The position numbers and the translations under genes were made by a program. From the NCBI RefSeq assembly GCF_053078305.1, contig NZ_CP166879.1: a stretch of 64,000 bases of DNA; one strand, given 5' to 3'. Of the stretch, positions 1 through 11,419 are shown in pieces. Within the stretch, counting starts at the first letter, position 1. Every line of letters begins with the position of its first letter. The notes under the pieces are model-generated. The model was not told the origin of the DNA and made no database searches. It saw only the letters and a program-made list of their open reading frames with translations.

Positions 1-2
1 CC

Positions 3-2879
3 AATCCTGACACTTATTTCCAGTCTCGCGAAGCCACCAACCCATGGTACAACGCGGTCTATGACCATGTTGAACAGGCGATGAATGATTTCGCTGCCGC
101 GACAGGTCGTCAGTATCAGCCGTTTGAATATTACGGGCATCCGCAAGCGGAACGGGTGATTATCCTGATGGGCTCTGCCATTGGTACCTGTGAAGAAGTG
201 GTTGATGAATTGCTAACCCGTGGCGAAAAAGTTGGCGTGCTGAAAGTTCGTCTGTACCGTCCCTTCTCCGCCAAACACTTGCTGCAAGCTCTGCCGGGAT
301 CCGTACGCAGCGTGGCGGTACTGGACAGAACCAAAGAACCCGGTGCCCAGGCAGAACCGCTCTATCTGGATGTAATGACCGCACTGGCAGAAGCCTTTAA
401 TAATGGCGAGCGCGAAACTCTGCCCCGTGTCATTGGTGGGCGCTATGGTCTTTCATCCAAAGAATTTGGCCCGGACTGTGTACTGGCGGTATTTGCCGAG
501 CTCAACGCGGCTAAACCGAAAGCGCGCTTTACGGTTGGTATTTACGATGATGTGACCAATCTGTCACTGCCGTTGCCGGAAAACACCCTGCCAAACTCGG
601 CGAAACTGGAAGCCTTGTTTTATGGGCTTGGTAGTGATGGCAGCGTTTCCGCGACCAAAAACAATATCAAGATTATCGGTAATTCCACGCCGTGGTACGC
701 ACAGGGCTATTTTGTTTACGACTCCAAAAAGGCGGGCGGCCTGACGGTTTCTCACCTTCGAGTGAGCGAACAGCCGATTCGTTCCGCTTATCTCATTTCC
801 CAGGCTGATTTTGTTGGCTGCCACCAGTTGCAGTTTATCGATAAATATCAGATGGCTGAGCGTTTAAAACCTGGCGGCATTTTCCTGCTCAACACGCCGT
901 ACAGCGCAGATGAAGTGTGGTCGCGCTTGCCGCAGGAAGTTCAGGCCGTGCTAAATCAGAAAAAAGCGCGCTTCTATGTGATTAACGCGGCGAAAATCGC
1001 CCGCGAATGTGGCCTGGCGGCCCGTATTAATACCGTCATGCAGATGGCTTTTTTCCATCTGACGCAAATTCTGCCTGGCGATAGCGCCCTCGCAGAATTG
1101 CAGGGTGCGATTGCCAAAAGTTACAGTAGCAAAGGTCAGGATCTGGTGGAACGCAACTGGCAGGCTCTGGCGCTGGCGCGTGAATCCGTAGAAGAAGTTC
1201 CGTTGCAGCCGGTTAATCCGCACAGCGCCAATCGACCGCCAGTGGTTTCCGATGCCGCCCCTGATTTCGTGAAAACCGTAACCGCGGCGATGCTCGCCGG
1301 GCTTGGTGATGCCCTCCCCGTTTCGGCGCTGCCGCCAGACGGCACCTGGCCGATGGGCACTACACGCTGGGAAAAACGCAATATCGCCGAAGAGATCCCC
1401 ATCTGGAAAGAGGAACTCTGTACCCAATGTAACCACTGTGTTGCCGCTTGCCCACACTCAGCTATTCGCGCAAAAGTGGTACCGCCTGAAGCGATGGAAA
1501 ACGCCCCTGCCAGCCTGCATTCGCTGGATGTGAAATCGCGTGATATGCGCGGGCAGAAATATGTCTTGCAGGTGGCTCCGGAAGATTGCACCGGTTGTAA
1601 CCTGTGCGTCGAAGTTTGCCCGGCGAAAGACCGTCAGAATCCAGAGATTAAAGCCATCAATATGATGTCGCGCCTGGAACATGTCGAAGAAGAGAAAATC
1701 AATTACGATTTCTTCCTCAACCTGCCAGAAATCGACCGTAGCAAACTGGAACGTATTGATATTCGTACATCGCAGCTGATTACACCGCTGTTTGAATATT
1801 CCGGTGCTTGCTCCGGTTGTGGCGAGACGCCGTATATTAAATTGCTGACTCAGCTCTATGGCGACCGGATGTTGATCGCTAACGCCACCGGCTGTTCTTC
1901 AATTTATGGCGGTAACCTGCCCTCTACACCGTATACCACCGATGCCAACGGTCGTGGGCCGGCATGGGCGAACTCTCTATTTGAAGATAATGCCGAATTT
2001 GGCCTTGGTTTCCGCCTGACGGTCGATCAACACCGTGTCCGCGTGCTGCGTCTGCTGGATCAATTTGCCGATAAAATCCCGGCGGAATTACTGACGGCGT
2101 TGAAATCAGACGCTACGCCAGAGGTTCGTCGAGAACAGGTCGCAGCTTTACGCCAGCAACTCAACGATGTTGCCGAAGCACATGAACTGCTGCGTGACGC
2201 AGATGCACTGGTAGAAAAATCAATCTGGCTGATTGGTGGCGACGGCTGGGCTTACGATATCGGCTTTGGCGGTCTGGATCATGTATTGAGTTTGACGGAA
2301 AACGTCAACATTCTGGTGCTGGATACGCAATGCTATTCCAACACCGGTGGTCAGGCGTCGAAAGCGACACCGCTGGGTGCAGTAACTAAATTTGGCGAGC
2401 ACGGCAAACGTAAAGCGCGTAAAGATCTTGGCGTCAGTATGATGATGTACGGTCATGTTTATGTGGCGCAGATTTCTCTCGGCGCGCAACTGAACCAGAC
2501 GGTGAAAGCGATTCAGGAAGCGGAAGCGTATCCGGGACCATCGCTGATCATCGCTTATAGCCCATGTGAAGAGCATGGTTACGATCTGGCACTCAGCCAT
2601 GACCAGATGCGCCAACTCACAGCTACCGGCTTCTGGCCGCTATATCGCTTCGATCCGCGTCGTGCCGATGAAGGCAAACTGCCGCTGGCGCTGGATTCAC
2701 GCCCGCCGTCAGAAGCACTGGAAGAAACGTTACTTCACGAGCAACGTTTCCGTCGTCTGAATTCGCAGCAGCCAGAAGTGGCAGAACAGTTATGGAAAGA
2801 TGCTGCAGCTGATTTGCAAAAACGCTATGACTTCCTGGCACAAATGGCCGGAAAAGCGGAAAAAAGCAACACCGATTAA
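3..2879 (+). CDS. ydbK: Pyruvate:flavodoxin/ferredoxin oxidoreductase, C-terminal ~959 codons; 5-prime end lies upstream of the window
   Basis: Reading frame is open from position 3 with no stop before the first ATG at 81. Two 4Fe-4S ferredoxin motifs (CTQCNHCVAACP, CTGCNLCVEVCP) and a TPP-binding GDGW region are present. Stop at 2879. Confidence 0.9.
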   Translation, partial: NPDTYFQSREATNPWYNAVYDHVEQAMNDFAAATGRQYQPFEYYGHPQAERVIILMGSAIGTCEEVVDELLTRGEKVGVLKVRLYRPFSAKHLLQALPGSVRSVAVLDRTKEPGAQAEPLYLDVMTALAEAFNNGERETLPRVIGGRYGLSSKEFGPDCVLAVFAELNAAKPKARFTVGIYDDVTNLSLPLPENTLPNSAKLEALFYGLGSDGSVSATKNNIKIIGNSTPWYAQGYFVYDSKKAGGLTVSHLRVSEQPIRSAYLISQADFVGCHQLQFIDKYQMAERLKPGGIFLLNTPYSADEVWSRLPQEVQAVLNQKKARFYVINAAKIARECGLAARINTVMQMAFFHLTQILPGDSALAELQGAIAKSYSSKGQDLVERNWQALALARESVEEVPLQPVNPHSANRPPVVSDAAPDFVKTVTAAMLAGLGDALPVSALPPDGTWPMGTTRWEKRNIAEEIPIWKEELCTQCNHCVAACPHSAIRAKVVPPEAMENAPASLHSLDVKSRDMRGQKYVLQVAPEDCTGCNLCVEVCPAKDRQNPEIKAINMMSRLEHVEEEKINYDFFLNLPEIDRSKLERIDIRTSQLITPLFEYSGACSGCGETPYIKLLTQLYGDRMLIANATGCSSIYGGNLPSTPYTTDANGRGPAWANSLFEDNAEFGLGFRLTVDQHRVRVLRLLDQFADKIPAELLTALKSDATPEVRREQVAALRQQLNDVAEAHELLRDADALVEKSIWLIGGDGWAYDIGFGGLDHVLSLTENVNILVLDTQCYSNTGGQASKATPLGAVTKFGEHGKRKARKDLGVSMMMYGHVYVAQISLGAQLNQTVKAIQEAEAYPGPSLIIAYSPCEEHGYDLALSHDQMRQLTATGFWPLYRFDPRRADEGKLPLALDSRPPSEALEETLLHEQRFRRLNSQQPEVAEQLWKDAAADLQKRYDFLAQMAGKAEKSNTD

Positions 2880-2908
2880 ATGCTCTGGATAAGGATTATC
2901 CAATTCTA

Positions 2909-3017
2909 AAAAAAAGCCCGGACGACTGTTCGGGCTTGTCTTTTTATATGTTGGAAAATCAGTGGCAATGCAATGGCCCAACAGAAAATAAAATCTGTGA
3001 CAATAAAGGCATATAAC
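2909..3017 (-). ncRNA. micC: MicC small regulatory RNA, divergent from ompN
   Basis: Minus-strand sequence GTTATATGCCTTTATTGTCACAGATTTTATTTTCTGTTGGGCC... matches the MicC sequence as I recall it. It ends in the hairpin GCCCGAACAGTCGTCCGGGC plus a U-run. Confidence 0.8.
2916..2935. terminator. Bidirectional intrinsic terminator shared by ydbK (plus) and micC (minus)
   Basis: GC-rich inverted repeat gcccg-N10-cgggc flanked by an A-run (2908-2915) and a T-rich run (2938-2944). Confidence 0.7.
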
Positions 3018-3244
3018 CCGCGCAGAATAACGTATAGAAAATTAAAAGTATAATTTTTATTTTGTATGTATTATCTTCGATACATTCACCAGACTTATTA
3101 TCATTTCAGAGGAATTATTTGATTAAGGTTTTACTTAAGGCGTAACAAATGATATTTATCGGCTAACTGAACTTCTCCTTTAGGATGTTTTCACTCCCCG
3201 AAATGGGGATAAAAGGCAAATAAAATAACTAAAGGATTTATTCA

Positions 3245-4378
3245 ATGAAAAGCAAAGTACTGGCACTTTTAATTCCTGCCCTGCTCGCCGCAGGTGCTGC
3301 ACATGCAGCCGAAGTTTATAATAAAGACGGCAACAAATTAGATCTGTATGGCAAAGTTGATGGCCTGCATTATTTTTCTGATAATTCAGCGAAAGATGGC
3401 GACCAGAGCTATGCGCGTCTGGGTTTTAAAGGCGAAACCCAAATTAACGATCAACTTACTGGCTACGGTCAATGGGAATACAATATTCAGGCAAACAACA
3501 CTGAATCTTCAAAAAACCAGTCATGGACCCGTCTGGCATTTGCCGGACTGAAATTTGCAGATTACGGTTCTTTCGATTACGGACGTAATTATGGCGTAAT
3601 GTACGACATCGAAGGCTGGACCGATATGCTGCCTGAATTTGGCGGTGACTCTTATACCAATGCAGACAACTTTATGACTGGTCGAGCCAATGGCGTCGCG
3701 ACTTATCGTAATACTGATTTCTTCGGTCTGGTAAATGGTCTGAACTTCGCGGTGCAGTATCAAGGTAACAACGAAGGAGCCAGTAATGGTCAGGAAGGCA
3801 CCAACAACGGACGTGATGTTCGCCATGAAAACGGTGACGGCTGGGGTCTTTCCACAACATATGATTTAGGCATGGGCTTTAGCGCTGGTGCGGCATACAC
3901 ATCTTCTGACCGCACCAATGACCAGGTTAACCATACTGCGGCGGGTGGTGATAAAGCAGACGCGTGGACTGCTGGGCTAAAATACGATGCTAACAATATT
4001 TACCTGGCAACCATGTATTCAGAAACGCGTAATATGACCCCGTTTGGCGACAGCGATTATGCTGTTGCAAACAAAACCCAGAACTTTGAAGTCACTGCAC
4101 AGTACCAGTTTGATTTTGGTCTGCGTCCGGCAGTCTCTTTCCTGATGTCTAAAGGCCGTGACCTGCACGCTGCCGGTGGTGCAGACAACCCGGCAGGTGT
4201 TGATGATAAAGATCTGGTTAAATACGCCGATGTTGGCGCGACTTACTATTTCAATAAAAACATGTCCACCTATGTTGACTATAAAATCAACCTGTTGGAT
4301 GAAGATGACAGTTTCTACGCTGCCAACGGCATCTCTACCGATGATATTGTCGCTTTAGGTCTGGTTTATCAGTTCTAA
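3245..4378 (+). CDS. ompN: Outer membrane porin N (OmpC/OmpF family), 377 aa
   Basis: Signal peptide [21 protein letters not shown] followed by [16 protein letters not shown], a typical general-porin N-terminus, and a C-terminal aromatic residue. Length matches the K-12 protein. Confidence 0.9.
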   Translation: MKSKVLALLIPALLAAGAAHAAEVYNKDGNKLDLYGKVDGLHYFSDNSAKDGDQSYARLGFKGETQINDQLTGYGQWEYNIQANNTESSKNQSWTRLAFAGLKFADYGSFDYGRNYGVMYDIEGWTDMLPEFGGDSYTNADNFMTGRANGVATYRNTDFFGLVNGLNFAVQYQGNNEGASNGQEGTNNGRDVRHENGDGWGLSTTYDLGMGFSAGAAYTSSDRTNDQVNHTAAGGDKADAWTAGLKYDANNIYLATMYSETRNMTPFGDSDYAVANKTQNFEVTAQYQFDFGLRPAVSFLMSKGRDLHAAGGADNPAGVDDKDLVKYADVGATYYFNKNMSTYVDYKINLLDEDDSFYAANGISTDDIVALGLVYQF

Positions 4379-4386
4379 ATCCTCCT

Positions 4387-4411
4387 GCCCGCTGTTATGG
4401 CGGGCTTTTTC
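4387..4411 (+). terminator. Intrinsic terminator after ompN
   Basis: Hairpin gcccgc-tgttatg-gcgggc followed by ttttt. Confidence 0.7.
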
Positions 4412-4437
4412 TGCTTATTCTTCCTCCTTTGATCTAA

Positions 4438-4953
<516 letters not shown>

Positions 4954-4960
4954 CACTAAC

Positions 4961-4985
4961 GCCCGCACATTGCTGCGGGCTTTTT
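4961..4985 (+). terminator. Intrinsic terminator after uspF
   Basis: Hairpin gcccgca...tgcgggc followed by ttttt. Confidence 0.6.
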
Positions 4986-5128
4986 GATTCATTTCGCAAA
5001 TGTGCTGACATTTTCCCCTCTAATCCGTACCATACACGCCACAGTTTTTATATCAGATTTCTTATGCTGGGCGTTCCGGCATGACGCATACTCTTCTGAT
5101 GCCATATAACGAATTGAGTCGCTTTTAA

Positions 5129-6064
5129 ATGTCGCAAAATCAAGAAATTAGCAAGAAAGAACAATACAACCTGAACAAATTACAAAAACGTCTGCGTCGT
5201 AACGTGGGCGAAGCCATTGCTGACTTCAATATGATTGAAGAAGGCGATCGCATCATGGTTTGCCTCTCCGGGGGTAAAGACAGCTATACCATGCTGGAGA
5301 TTCTGCGCAATTTGCAGCAAAGCGCGCCAATCAATTTTTCGCTGGTGGCTGTTAACCTCGATCAAAAGCAACCGGGCTTCCCGGAACACGTTCTGCCCGA
5401 GTATCTTGAAAAGCTGGGCGTTGAGTACAAGATTGTTGAAGAGAACACTTACGGTATCGTGAAAGAGAAGATTCCAGAGGGCAAAACCACTTGCTCACTG
5501 TGTTCTCGGCTACGTCGCGGTATCCTTTATCGCACCGCAACGGAACTGGGGGCGACGAAGATCGCGTTGGGCCACCATCGTGACGATATCCTGCAAACGT
5601 TGTTCTTAAATATGTTCTACGGCGGCAAGATGAAAGGTATGCCTCCGAAACTGATGAGCGATGATGGCAAACATATCGTTATTCGTCCGCTGGCCTACTG
5701 CCGCGAGAAAGATATTCAGCGATTTGCCGATGCAAAAGCGTTCCCGATTATTCCGTGCAACCTGTGCGGTTCACAGCCTAACCTGCAACGTCAGGTGATT
5801 GCTGACATGTTGCGTGACTGGGATAAACGTTATCCAGGGCGTATCGAGACGATGTTCAGCGCGATGCAGAATGTGGTGCCGTCGCATCTGTGCGATACCA
5901 ACCTGTTCGATTTCAAAGGCATCACCCACGGTTCTGAAGTGGTTAACGGGGGTGATCTGGCGTTTGATCGCGAAGAGATCCCACTACAACCGGCGGGCTG
6001 GCAGCCAGAAGAAGATGAAAATCAGTTGGATGAGTTACGGCTGAATGTGGTTGAAGTGAAATAA
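5129..6064 (+). CDS. ttcA: tRNA 2-thiocytidine biosynthesis protein TtcA, 311 aa, uninterrupted
   Basis: PP-loop motif CLSGGKDS and conserved Cys pairs. Full length equals the K-12 protein. Confidence 0.9.
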   Translation: MSQNQEISKKEQYNLNKLQKRLRRNVGEAIADFNMIEEGDRIMVCLSGGKDSYTMLEILRNLQQSAPINFSLVAVNLDQKQPGFPEHVLPEYLEKLGVEYKIVEENTYGIVKEKIPEGKTTCSLCSRLRRGILYRTATELGATKIALGHHRDDILQTLFLNMFYGGKMKGMPPKLMSDDGKHIVIRPLAYCREKDIQRFADAKAFPIIPCNLCGSQPNLQRQVIADMLRDWDKRYPGRIETMFSAMQNVVPSHLCDTNLFDFKGITHGSEVVNGGDLAFDREEIPLQPAGWQPEEDENQLDELRLNVVEVK

Positions 6065-6071
6065 CCAGGAT

Positions 6072-6146
6072 AGCGCCCGATGCGCAAGCGTATCGGGCTA
6101 CTCTTATGGAGGCCGGATAAGACGCGGCCAGCGTCGCATCCGGCAA
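6072..6146. repeat. REP (repetitive extragenic palindromic) elements, two units
   Basis: gcgcccgatgcg...gtatcgggc and gccggataagacgcggccagcgtcgcatccggc, a typical GCCGGATG-type REP palindrome, lying between the convergent ttcA and dbpA 3-prime ends. Confidence 0.6.
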
Positions 6147-6192
6147 TCCCGAATAAGATGTTTACTCTTGCACCCGGCAATTCAACATTTCA

Positions 6193-7566
6193 TTATTTTA
6201 ATAACCGCACCCGGCACGTTTTTCCTTTAATCTTCCCGCCCTGTAACTGTTTCCATGCTTTATGAGCAACAGCCTGACGGACCGCGACATAGACATGCGC
6301 CGGATGCACGGCGATTTTGCCAATATCTGCGCCATCAAGCCCGATATCTCCTGTCAGTGCACCTAATACATCACCCGGGCGCATTTTGGCTTTTTTCCCG
6401 CCATCGATACACAACGTTGCCATTTCTGCTTCCAGCGTCACAATGGAACTATTAGCTGGCGGCGTTTGCCAGTTAAGTTTTATCTGCAACATGTCAGAAA
6501 TGATATTGGCCCGCTGTGCTTCTTCCGGAGCACAGAAACTGATCGCCAGACCGCTATTTCCTGCACGAGCTGTACGACCGATGCGATGTACATGAACTTC
6601 AGGGTCCCACGCCAGCTCAAAGTTCACCACCAGCTCAAGCGATTTAATATCCAGACCACGCGCAGCAACATCAGTCGCGACCAGTACACGGGCGCTACCG
6701 TTAGCAAAACGTACCAGGGTCTGATCGCGATCGCGTTGCTCCAAATCGCCGTGTAATGACAATGCACTTTGCCCTACTTCATTCAGCGCGTCGCAGACAG
6801 CCTGGCAATCTTTTTTGGTATTGCAAAACACCACGCAAGAGGATGGCTGATGCAAGCTTAATAACCGTTGCAACAGAGGAATTTTGCCTTTACTGGATGT
6901 CTCATAAAATTGTTGATCAATGGGTGGCAAAGCATCTGTTGAGTCAATTTCAATCGCCAAAGGATCGCGTTGCACTCGTCCGCTGATTGCGGCGATGGCT
7001 TCCGGCCAGGTTGCCGAAAACAGAAGCGTCTGTCGAGATGCTGGCGCAAAACGGATGACATCATCAATGGCATCGCTAAATCCCATATCCAGCATGCGGT
7101 CGGCCTCATCCATCACCAGCGTATTCAACGCATCCAGTGATACCGTGCCTTTTTGCAGGTGATCCAGCAAACGCCCCGGCGTTGCCACGATAATATGCGG
7201 CGCATGTTGCAACGAATCACGCTGCATACCGAACGGTTGACCACCGCACAACGTCAAAATTTTGGTATTTGGCAGAAAACGCGCCAGCCGACGCAATTCA
7301 CCTGCCACCTGATCCGCCAGTTCACGCGTAGGACACAGCACTAAAGCCTGGGTTTGAAATAGCGACGCATCAATTTGCTGTAACAAGCCGAGGCCAAAAG
7401 CCGCCGTTTTGCCGCTGCCGGTTTTCGCCTGCACGCGAACATCTTTTCCGGCAAGGATCGCCGGAAGCGCGGCGGCCTGCACCGGCGTCATGGTTAAATA
7501 ACCCAACTCATTAAGGTTCGTGAGTTGGGCGGGAGGCAAAACATTCAGGGTAGAAAAAGCGGTCAC
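6193..7566 (-). CDS. dbpA: ATP-dependent 23S rRNA-specific DEAD-box RNA helicase DbpA, 457 aa, GTG start
   Basis: DEAD box (VMDEADRM), Walker A (AKTGSGKT) and SAT motif. The start codon is GTG (plus-strand cac at 7564-7566). Confidence 0.9.
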   Translation of the reverse strand: MTAFSTLNVLPPAQLTNLNELGYLTMTPVQAAALPAILAGKDVRVQAKTGSGKTAAFGLGLLQQIDASLFQTQALVLCPTRELADQVAGELRRLARFLPNTKILTLCGGQPFGMQRDSLQHAPHIIVATPGRLLDHLQKGTVSLDALNTLVMDEADRMLDMGFSDAIDDVIRFAPASRQTLLFSATWPEAIAAISGRVQRDPLAIEIDSTDALPPIDQQFYETSSKGKIPLLQRLLSLHQPSSCVVFCNTKKDCQAVCDALNEVGQSALSLHGDLEQRDRDQTLVRFANGSARVLVATDVAARGLDIKSLELVVNFELAWDPEVHVHRIGRTARAGNSGLAISFCAPEEAQRANIISDMLQIKLNWQTPPANSSIVTLEAEMATLCIDGGKKAKMRPGDVLGALTGDIGLDGADIGKIAVHPAHVYVAVRQAVAHKAWKQLQGGKIKGKTCRVRLLK

Positions 7567-7595
7567 AATCTATTCTCGTGGTCATCGACGCAAAG

Positions 7596-7769
7596 TTAGC
7601 AGGCGCGTATCCTCGCAGATCTACGTTCACGATGCGACAATTTAATCGGTTCTTCATCGGGTGGTGGGTCAGGCATGGGTTGCGGGCGAGGGATCGGATC
7701 GGGCACTGGAACAGGATCGCCAGGAATCGGTTCAGGGACAGGAATTTGCAAATAAATAAGTGTCGTCAT
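7596..7769 (-). CDS. Candidate 57-aa proline-rich small protein or leader peptide immediately upstream of dbpA
   Basis: ATG preceded by GGAGGG about 6 nt upstream. Translation MTTLIYLQIPVPEPIPGDPVPVPDPIPRPQPMPDPPPDEEPIKLSHRERRSARIRAC. Stop lies 29 nt before the dbpA start. Too short for the supplied ORF track. Confidence 0.3.
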   Translation of the reverse strand: MTTLIYLQIPVPEPIPGDPVPVPDPIPRPQPMPDPPPDEEPIKLSHRERRSARIRAC

Positions 7770-7826
7770 ATTTCCCTCCGGTCATTGGGTGGACTCTTAA
7801 AGGGTAGACGCTGATAAATAACAGGC

Positions 7827-7948
7827 AAAAAAAAGCCGACTCATCAAAGTCGGCGTCGTACGAATCAATTGTGCTATGCAGTAATTCAAAAAAGGAAGTA
7901 AGACAATATGGAGCGCAACGCCCATCGCTTGACGTTGCATTCACCTGC
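7827..7948 (-). ncRNA. fnrS: FnrS small RNA (FNR-activated)
   Basis: Minus-strand GCAGGTGAATGCAACGTCAAGCGATGGGCGTTGCGCTCCATATTGTCTTACTTCC... ending in hairpin GCCGACTTTGATGAGTCGGC plus U8, matching FnrS as I recall it. Confidence 0.8.
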
Positions 7949-7983
7949 AAGAGAGATATTGCCCTGAATGGGTAGAGAGTTTA

Positions 7984-7997
7984 TTGACTTCGCTCAA
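7984..7997. promoter_or_regulatory. FNR binding site in the fnrS promoter
   Basis: TTGAG-CGAA-GTCAA (minus-strand reading) fits the FNR consensus TTGAT-N4-ATCAA. It is centred about 42 bp upstream of the fnrS 5-prime end, the expected position for a class II activator site. Confidence 0.65.
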
Positions 7998-8043
7998 ACT
8001 TTGCGGCGTTTTTGTATACAGACAGCCGGAAAAATTGCTTTTG

Positions 8044-9048
<1,005 letters not shown>

Positions 9049-9281
9049 TTATTTTGTAGTCTAGCCTTCTGGCCCTGTTACGCAACATCTCATCACCCCA
9101 TTACCCTGAAATGATTAATAAAATTCTGTCTAAATTGAATACAAAAAGCAAAATGCTTTTCCGTATACAAACCGTGTGAAGTGTTAAATAGCGTCTATCA
9201 TTATCAGAATTATCTGATCATATGACGTGGCTTTTTTGCGATCGGATAGCAACAAAAATTGATAAAAATAATGGGATCTCA

Positions 9282-10514
9282 ATGATTACGCACAACTTCA
9301 ATACCCTGGACTTACTCACCAGTCCTGTCTGGATCGTTTCGCCCTTTGAGGAACAGTTAATTTATGCCAATAGCGCGGCGCGACTGTTGATGCAAGACCT
9401 CACGTTTAGTCAGCTACGAACCGGTCCCTATTCCGTCTCCTCACAAAAAGAACTGCCGAAATACCTCTCCGATCTGCAAAACCAACACGATATTATCGAA
9501 ATCCTCACTGTTCAGCGTAAAGAAGAGGAAACAGCATTAAGCTGTCGGCTTGTTTTGCGAGAGCTGACAGAAACAGAACCGGTGATTATTTTCGAAGGTA
9601 TCGAAGCGCCGGCAACGCTGGGTTTAAAAGCCAGTCGCTCAGCAAATTATCAGCGCAAAAAACAAGGTTTTTATGCGCGCTTTTTTCTGACTAACTCTGC
9701 ACCAATGTTGTTGATTGACCCGTCACGAGATGGCCAAATCGTCGATGCTAACCTCGCCGCGCTCAATTTCTATGGTTATAACCATGAAACGATGTGCCAG
9801 AAACATACCTGGGAAATAAATATGCTCGGGCGTCGCGTCATGCCTATCATGCATGAAATTTCGCATTTACCCGGCGGTCATAAACCTTTGAATTTTGTTC
9901 ATAAACTGGCGGATGGATCTACTCGTCATGTGCAGACCTATGCCGGACCGATTGAAATTTATGGCGACAAGCTCATGTTATGTATTGTGCATGATATTAC
10001 TGAGCAAAAACGGCTGGAGGAGCAGCTGGAACATGCTGCTCACCATGACGCGATGACCGGATTACTGAATCGGCGACAGTTTTATCACATTACGGAACCA
10101 GGCCAAATGCAGCATCTCGCCATCGCTCAGGATTACAGCTTGTTGCTCATCGACACCGATCGTTTTAAACACATTAACGATCTCTATGGGCATTCTAAAG
10201 GTGATGAGGTGTTATGCGCCCTCGCCCGCACCCTCGAAAGTTGCGCTCGCAAAGGCGATTTGGTGTTTCGTTGGGGAGGCGAAGAGTTTGTCTTATTGCT
10301 ACCAAGAACCCCACTGGATACCGCGCTTTCGCTGGCTGAAACTATCCGCGTAAGCGTGGCAAAAGTGAGTATTTCGGGCTTACCACGCTTTACCGTCAGC
10401 ATTGGTGTGGCGCATCACGAAGGAAATGAAAGCATCGATGAACTGTTTAAACGCGTTGATGATGCTTTGTATCGGGCGAAAAATGATGGACGCAACCGCG
10501 TGCTGGCGGCATAA
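9282..10514 (+). CDS. dgcM: Diguanylate cyclase DgcM (YdaM), PAS-GGDEF, 410 aa
   Basis: GGEEF active-site motif (RWGGEEFVLLL). Start taken at MITHNFNTL to give the K-12 length; the track ORF from 9222 is an upstream extension. Confidence 0.85.
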   Translation: MITHNFNTLDLLTSPVWIVSPFEEQLIYANSAARLLMQDLTFSQLRTGPYSVSSQKELPKYLSDLQNQHDIIEILTVQRKEEETALSCRLVLRELTETEPVIIFEGIEAPATLGLKASRSANYQRKKQGFYARFFLTNSAPMLLIDPSRDGQIVDANLAALNFYGYNHETMCQKHTWEINMLGRRVMPIMHEISHLPGGHKPLNFVHKLADGSTRHVQTYAGPIEIYGDKLMLCIVHDITEQKRLEEQLEHAAHHDAMTGLLNRRQFYHITEPGQMQHLAIAQDYSLLLIDTDRFKHINDLYGHSKGDEVLCALARTLESCARKGDLVFRWGGEEFVLLLPRTPLDTALSLAETIRVSVAKVSISGLPRFTVSIGVAHHEGNESIDELFKRVDDALYRAKNDGRNRVLAA

Positions 10515-10534
10515 GCCGCGGATGCGTCTCGAGA

Positions 10535-11098
10535 TCAACGACTGCGCTTAGCGTGGCGCTCCCAGTTTTCTTGCTTCGCCTGCGCCGTTTTACGTAGTGC
10601 GACGTAACACGCCCCGCTGCCGCCATGATGCGGTAGCGCGGTGCAATATGCCTGAACATCATCAAATTCGGTCAGCCAGCGCGCCACATAGCTGCGGACA
10701 ATATTGGCATGCGATTTATCATCCCGCCCTTTACCATGAATAATCAGCACGTTACGCAAACCATCCGCCAGGGCTTGTTGAATAAAACTGAACACCATTT
10801 TGCGGCACTCTTCCACCGGCTGGCGCAAAAGATTCAGGCTCGCCTGTTGCGGATATTTACCACTGCGCAGCTTATCCAGCACCCCATGTTGCAACCCTTC
10901 TCGCCGAAACTCCAGCGGCTGACTTAGTGGGATAATGTCGAGAAATCCGGTAGTGAGGAAATTATCAAGCTGCAGCGTGTCGATACGCTGCGGCGCACGT
11001 TGGTTACGCGTTGGATGCCAGTGGACATCGGTAGCACGTTTCAGCGGCTGGACATCTTCCATGGCGTCAAGAAACAGCGATTTGTCGTCAAGGTTCAT
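10535..11098 (-). CDS. smrA: Smr-domain DNA endonuclease SmrA (YdaL), 187 aa
   Basis: Smr domain near the N-terminus (GKGRDDKSHANIVRSYVARWL). Length matches K-12. Confidence 0.85.
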   Translation of the reverse strand: MNLDDKSLFLDAMEDVQPLKRATDVHWHPTRNQRAPQRIDTLQLDNFLTTGFLDIIPLSQPLEFRREGLQHGVLDKLRSGKYPQQASLNLLRQPVEECRKMVFSFIQQALADGLRNVLIIHGKGRDDKSHANIVRSYVARWLTEFDDVQAYCTALPHHGGSGACYVALRKTAQAKQENWERHAKRSR

Positions 11099-11265
11099 GT
11101 TACATCCTCCCGCAATTAAGAGCGCGATATGATAACCAGACCGGGTCGGTCCAACAACGTATTACCCAAAATTCCAGTAATAAGTTCCAAATATTGCCGA
11201 TATTTTAAGCAAAATGCTTATGCATGATTATTCATTCACGATATTAATAATGTAACTTATATTTT

Positions 11266-11280
11266 CGTGAAATCTGTCAC
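11266..11280. promoter_or_regulatory. CRP-like site upstream of mcaS
   Basis: cGTGA-aatctg-TCACt resembles the CRP consensus TGTGA-N6-TCACA and sits about 50 bp upstream of the mcaS 5-prime end. Confidence 0.3.
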
Positions 11281-11325
11281 TGAAGAAAATTGGCAACTAA
11301 AGGTTAAAACCGTTATAACACAGTC

Positions 11326-11419
11326 ACCGGCGCAGAGGAGACAATGCCGGATTTAAGACGCGGATGCACTGCTGTGTGTACTGTAGAGTCTGGCGGATGT
11401 CGACAGACTCTATTTTTTT
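11326..11419 (+). ncRNA. mcaS: McaS (IsrA) small RNA
   Basis: ACCGGCGCAGAGGAGACAATGCCGGATTTAAGACGCGGATGCACTGCTGTGTGTACTGTAGAGTCTGGCGGATGTCGACAGACTCTATTTTTTT matches McaS as I recall it. The terminator hairpin and T7 run end 8 nt from the convergent abgR stop. Confidence 0.8.

Noticed and set aside
951-1591. Minus-strand ORFs of 151-168 aa antisense to ydbK
   Set aside because: They are embedded in a well-supported large coding sequence and have no start-site signals; typical six-frame noise.
6072-6146. Possible mobile element or CRISPR-like repeats at REP clusters (also 34465-34494 and 50447-50527)
   Set aside because: These are short imperfect palindromes of the REP type with no regular spacer-repeat periodicity, no transposase and no terminal inverted repeats.
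7578-7950. Track ORFs 7578-7814 (plus) and 7732-7950 (minus) between dbpA and zntB
   Set aside because: They overlap the fnrS sRNA and its terminator in frames lacking ribosome-binding sites. The only ORF there with a convincing SD is the 57-codon proline-rich frame reported separately.
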